This document shows positions 61,110 to 64,000 of a stretch of DNA of 64,000 nucleotides, piece by piece. This DNA comes from Anaeramoeba ignava BMAN (Eukaryota; Protista; Anaeramoebae), in NCBI GenBank assembly GCA_028826165.1, contig JAPDFW010000070.1, positions 1 to 64,000 on the forward strand, read 5' to 3'. The notes beneath the pieces are model-generated. The model saw nothing but the letters and a program-made list of their open reading frames with translations. It made no database searches and had not been told where the DNA came from. Numbering within the stretch: the stretch's first letter is position 1; each line of letters starts with the position of its first letter. Position numbers and translations under genes: made by a program.

Positions 61110-63518
61110 ATGCTTACAGTATTAGATTTTATTGAAAATCCATTTAAAATACCATTGAATCCAAACTTCCGAAACAAAAAAAATCAAACACTTCTTCATG
61201 AAGCAATAATTTATAAACTTGACCAAAAAATAGTGAAAACATTAATAGAAAAAGGAGTTGATATTCAAGCTCAGGATTTCTACAACCAAACAGCCCTGCA
61301 TCTTGCATGCGAACATGGAGAAGATGTTAGTATTATCCAAACGCTTATCGAAAAAGGAAATGATCCACAAACAGTTTCTGTTAACAAGGAAACACCTCTT
61401 CATAGAGCCTGTATGAACAAAAACGGCCATGAAATCATTCAGTTCCTCATAAAACAATCCATAGACTTGAACGCAATAGATGAAACAGAAAGCCAATCCC
61501 CGCTGCACTACGCACTTATGCATAACGCAGAACTCAATACAATAAAATTATTGATTGAATCCGGAGCTAATCCACATTTAGTTGATCGAAAACAAAGAAA
61601 TTGCATTCATTTTGAATGTCTCAATAACCCTCGTCTTGACGTTTTGGAGTATCTCATAAACATCGGAGTTTCACCACAAGCAAAAGACTCAAACCAGAAA
61701 TTCCCTCTTGATTACGCTTGCAAAAATAAACTTGATATCGAAATTGCGAATTTTTTATACAATTTAAATCCAATTATAAAAAATGAGCAAATTATAGAAT
61801 GTTTAACGGCTCACTCCAATTTCCAAACTGTGAAGTTTCTTATGGAGCAGTCCCGCGATCCAAGTAGTCTGCAATTGGATTTGACACGCAACTTTTCTTT
61901 TATAATCCGCAACATTAATGATCCTGATTTTCTTAATTATTTGATCAAATACACAAATATTGACATTAACAAAAAGCTTATTGACTCAAATGAATTTGCA
62001 ATAAACATGATATGGACGAAGAATTGTGAGGAGGTTTTGCCAAAATTGAAGGTTTTATTGAGCAATGGAGCGAATTCTAATGCGATGAATCGGAACAAAA
62101 TGACATCACTCCATCTTGCTCTAGAAGCACTTTGTGGATATGAGATAGTGGGGCTTCTTCTCGACAATAAGAGCGATCCGAATGTTCAAGACGCATTGTC
62201 ACGAACAGCATTACATATTGCAATTCAAACACATCAAAAATTGGAAATTTTCAAACTTCTCATTTCAAAAGGCGCGCAGGTCATGCCTAAAAAGGATTCT
62301 AACTTGTTCTTGCTTCATTATTGCATCAATTACAATACCTCTCTCGATGTCATTGAGTATCTTGTGGAAAACGGCTTGCCACTTAACGAGAAAGATCATA
62401 AAAAACGCGGAGCTCTTCATTTTGTTAATAAAAAAACACAATTAAAAATTGTGAAATATCTTGTTTCAAAAGGAATAGAAATCCGTGATTTGGACAGCTA
62501 CAAAAGAACAACCCTTCATTACGCATGTTCAAAAGGTGCGGGGTTGAATATTGTGAAGTTCCTTGTGTCAAAAGGTATGGATATCAACGCAGAAGACAAG
62601 TTTCAACAAACACCACTTTATTATTCAACTTTGATTTTTAATTATTATGTTGTTGATTTCCTTCTCAAAAAAGGAGCAGATGTAAATGTTAAGGGAAAAG
62701 ATCGGAAATCGCTTTTCGAAGTTTCAATCGCATCTTCTTTTCCTCATTTACCTTTGATTCTCCTTGAAAATGATGCCGATCCAAAAATTTCCTATTATTA
62801 TGGTTTTAATGATCATCACAATATTTTAAAAGTTTTTGATTCTTTTCAAAAAGACTTTTCAAATCTCTTGTCAAGACAAGAACTGACTGATTGCACAATT
62901 CAAGCCCTTGATGGCAGTATTCCCGCACATAAACTTATCCTTCAAGCAAGGATCTCAAAAGACCCAAATGTCCTTGATTCCTTCTTTCTTGCCTGTCGAG
63001 CAAAAAAAGTTACTGAAGTTTTGGAATTTTTGGAATTTGTTTATACAGGTCGCATTGATTTCGAAAACCAGACAAGCTTTTTCCAAAAACTCTCCAATTT
63101 TTGTTCAGACGCGAAATTGGACGAAAAATGGATTGAGGAAAAAAAGGGAATGAGAGGATTGAGAAGAGATATGTGGATGCTGTATTGCGACGATTCTTCA
63201 AAAGATTTCGCAATCATTGTTCAAGAAAATCCTATTAAATGCCATCGTTTGATTCTTGTAGCGAGAAGTAATCTTTTCCGTGGGATGTTTCTCTCGGTTA
63301 ATGATGACTCAAATCAAGTTAATGACTTTCTGGGAATTTCTTATGAAGCTTATTTACAATTAATCCAATTTATTTATTTTGATCAAATTAATGAATTTTC
63401 AGATCAAATTACTCAAGAATTATTAGAAGCTAATCGTTATTATCAATTGAATCCAAATTCCTCTTTAAAAATCAAACTTAAACAACCAAAACCAATTTCG
63501 AAAAAGTTTTTTTTTTAA
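61110..63518 (+). CDS. Ankyrin-repeat protein with two C-terminal BTB/POZ domains (intronless, 802 aa)
   Basis: Many TALH/TPLH ankyrin repeats. BTB1: ELTDCTI..IPAHKLILQAR..FLEFVYTG. BTB2: SKDFAIIV..IKCHRLILVARSNLFRGMF..LIQFIYFD. Confidence 0.93.
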   Translation: MLTVLDFIENPFKIPLNPNFRNKKNQTLLHEAIIYKLDQKIVKTLIEKGVDIQAQDFYNQTALHLACEHGEDVSIIQTLIEKGNDPQTVSVNKETPLHRACMNKNGHEIIQFLIKQSIDLNAIDETESQSPLHYALMHNAELNTIKLLIESGANPHLVDRKQRNCIHFECLNNPRLDVLEYLINIGVSPQAKDSNQKFPLDYACKNKLDIEIANFLYNLNPIIKNEQIIECLTAHSNFQTVKFLMEQSRDPSSLQLDLTRNFSFIIRNINDPDFLNYLIKYTNIDINKKLIDSNEFAINMIWTKNCEEVLPKLKVLLSNGANSNAMNRNKMTSLHLALEALCGYEIVGLLLDNKSDPNVQDALSRTALHIAIQTHQKLEIFKLLISKGAQVMPKKDSNLFLLHYCINYNTSLDVIEYLVENGLPLNEKDHKKRGALHFVNKKTQLKIVKYLVSKGIEIRDLDSYKRTTLHYACSKGAGLNIVKFLVSKGMDINAEDKFQQTPLYYSTLIFNYYVVDFLLKKGADVNVKGKDRKSLFEVSIASSFPHLPLILLENDADPKISYYYGFNDHHNILKVFDSFQKDFSNLLSRQELTDCTIQALDGSIPAHKLILQARISKDPNVLDSFFLACRAKKVTEVLEFLEFVYTGRIDFENQTSFFQKLSNFCSDAKLDEKWIEEKKGMRGLRRDMWMLYCDDSSKDFAIIVQENPIKCHRLILVARSNLFRGMFLSVNDDSNQVNDFLGISYEAYLQLIQFIYFDQINEFSDQITQELLEANRYYQLNPNSSLKIKLKQPKPISKKFFF

Positions 63519-63588
63519 AAAAAATCAATTTATAAAAAAAGAAAAGAAAGAAAAGAAAAGAAAGAAAAAATTGTTTTTTAGTTTCTTT

Positions 63589-64000
63589 TTAAAAAATTAA
63601 GTTTTCTGTTTGACCCAATTTTGCAAATCCGTTTAATTTAGGTTTTTTCGAAGTTGTTCCGTTTGGAAAAGTATGTTGTTTTTCAACAGGATCAATTTTT
63701 CCTCTTGAATCGATATTTTTTGGATTAGATTTTTCGATAATGTTTAAATGAAGATGTTTTGATTGTTCAGTATTATCAATAGTTTGTATTGTTTGAGCAA
63801 TTTCTTTTTCATGGATTTGCAATATTTTTTGGGTTGGATTAAATTTCTTTAAGTTCTTTAAAATACTTGGATAAATTTGTTTTTTGTTTGTTAATCCATA
63901 AAGTAAATCAAAGTGTTCACCTTCTTTTATAGATAGAGTTTCGACAACAAGTTCTGAGTTGAGGCGTTTTAACAGTTCTGTGATATTGATAAGATTATCG
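63589..64000 (-). CDS. 3' end of an alpha/beta-hydrolase lipase (acid lipase/sterol esterase-like), partial
   Basis: Open frame from the window edge: DNLINITELL..IKEGEHFDLLYG..QIYPSIL, resembling the catalytic Asp (D.L) and His (EH.DF.WG..VY..I) region. Confidence 0.6.
   Translation of the reverse strand, partial: DNLINITELLKRLNSELVVETLSIKEGEHFDLLYGLTNKKQIYPSILKNLKKFNPTQKILQIHEKEIAQTIQTIDNTEQSKHLHLNIIEKSNPKNIDSRGKIDPVEKQHTFPNGTTSKKPKLNGFAKLGQTENLIF

Noticed and set aside
1-64000. Alternative genetic code (stop codon reassignment)
   Set aside because: Conserved genes have long open frames and end at TAA or TGA; interruptions are explained by GT-AG introns or single indels.
1-64000. Inteins, transposons, tRNA/rRNA genes, telomeric repeats
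   Set aside because: No Hint or intein motifs, transposase or RT ORFs, terminal repeats, structured RNA signatures or telomere arrays were seen by eye; a covariance-model scan would be needed to exclude small ncRNAs.

Overview
Very AT-rich, gene-dense eukaryotic nuclear DNA with short GT-AG introns, the standard genetic code and many micro/minisatellites. Ankyrin-BTB-BTB genes, Asn/Gln/Glu-rich coding insertions, an IscU with an 'MLSR' presequence and TCATTT initiator-like elements suggest an anaerobic metamonad amoeba such as Anaeramoeba (inference only). The first ~8.5 kb is riddled with indels and looks like a poorly polished contig end; it holds a shattered ankyrin-BTB gene, a PH-PH gene and a small MJ1316/DUF504 gene. 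Then follow three tandem BRSK/SAD-like kinases, an SCP/CTDSP phosphatase, a Rad21/Rec8 kleisin, an orphan CH-domain + PH-like-repeat protein, a divergent Rab1-like GTPase, a probable pseudokinase, IscU, CEP44, Vps52, an ankyrin-FN3 protein, two tandem phospholipase-B-like genes around an ~84-bp minisatellite, an N-terminally truncated UBR4/BIG, an ankyrin-BTB-BTB gene and the 3' end of a lipase. Most notable: IscU with an extra C-terminal CCGAGHC motif; a mini-UBR4 without a recognisable UBR box; PLB duplicates diverging in clustered patches near the active site; tandem TCATTT elements before most start codons; and introns filled with AG-free microsatellites. No CRISPR array, RNA gene or mobile element could be supported.
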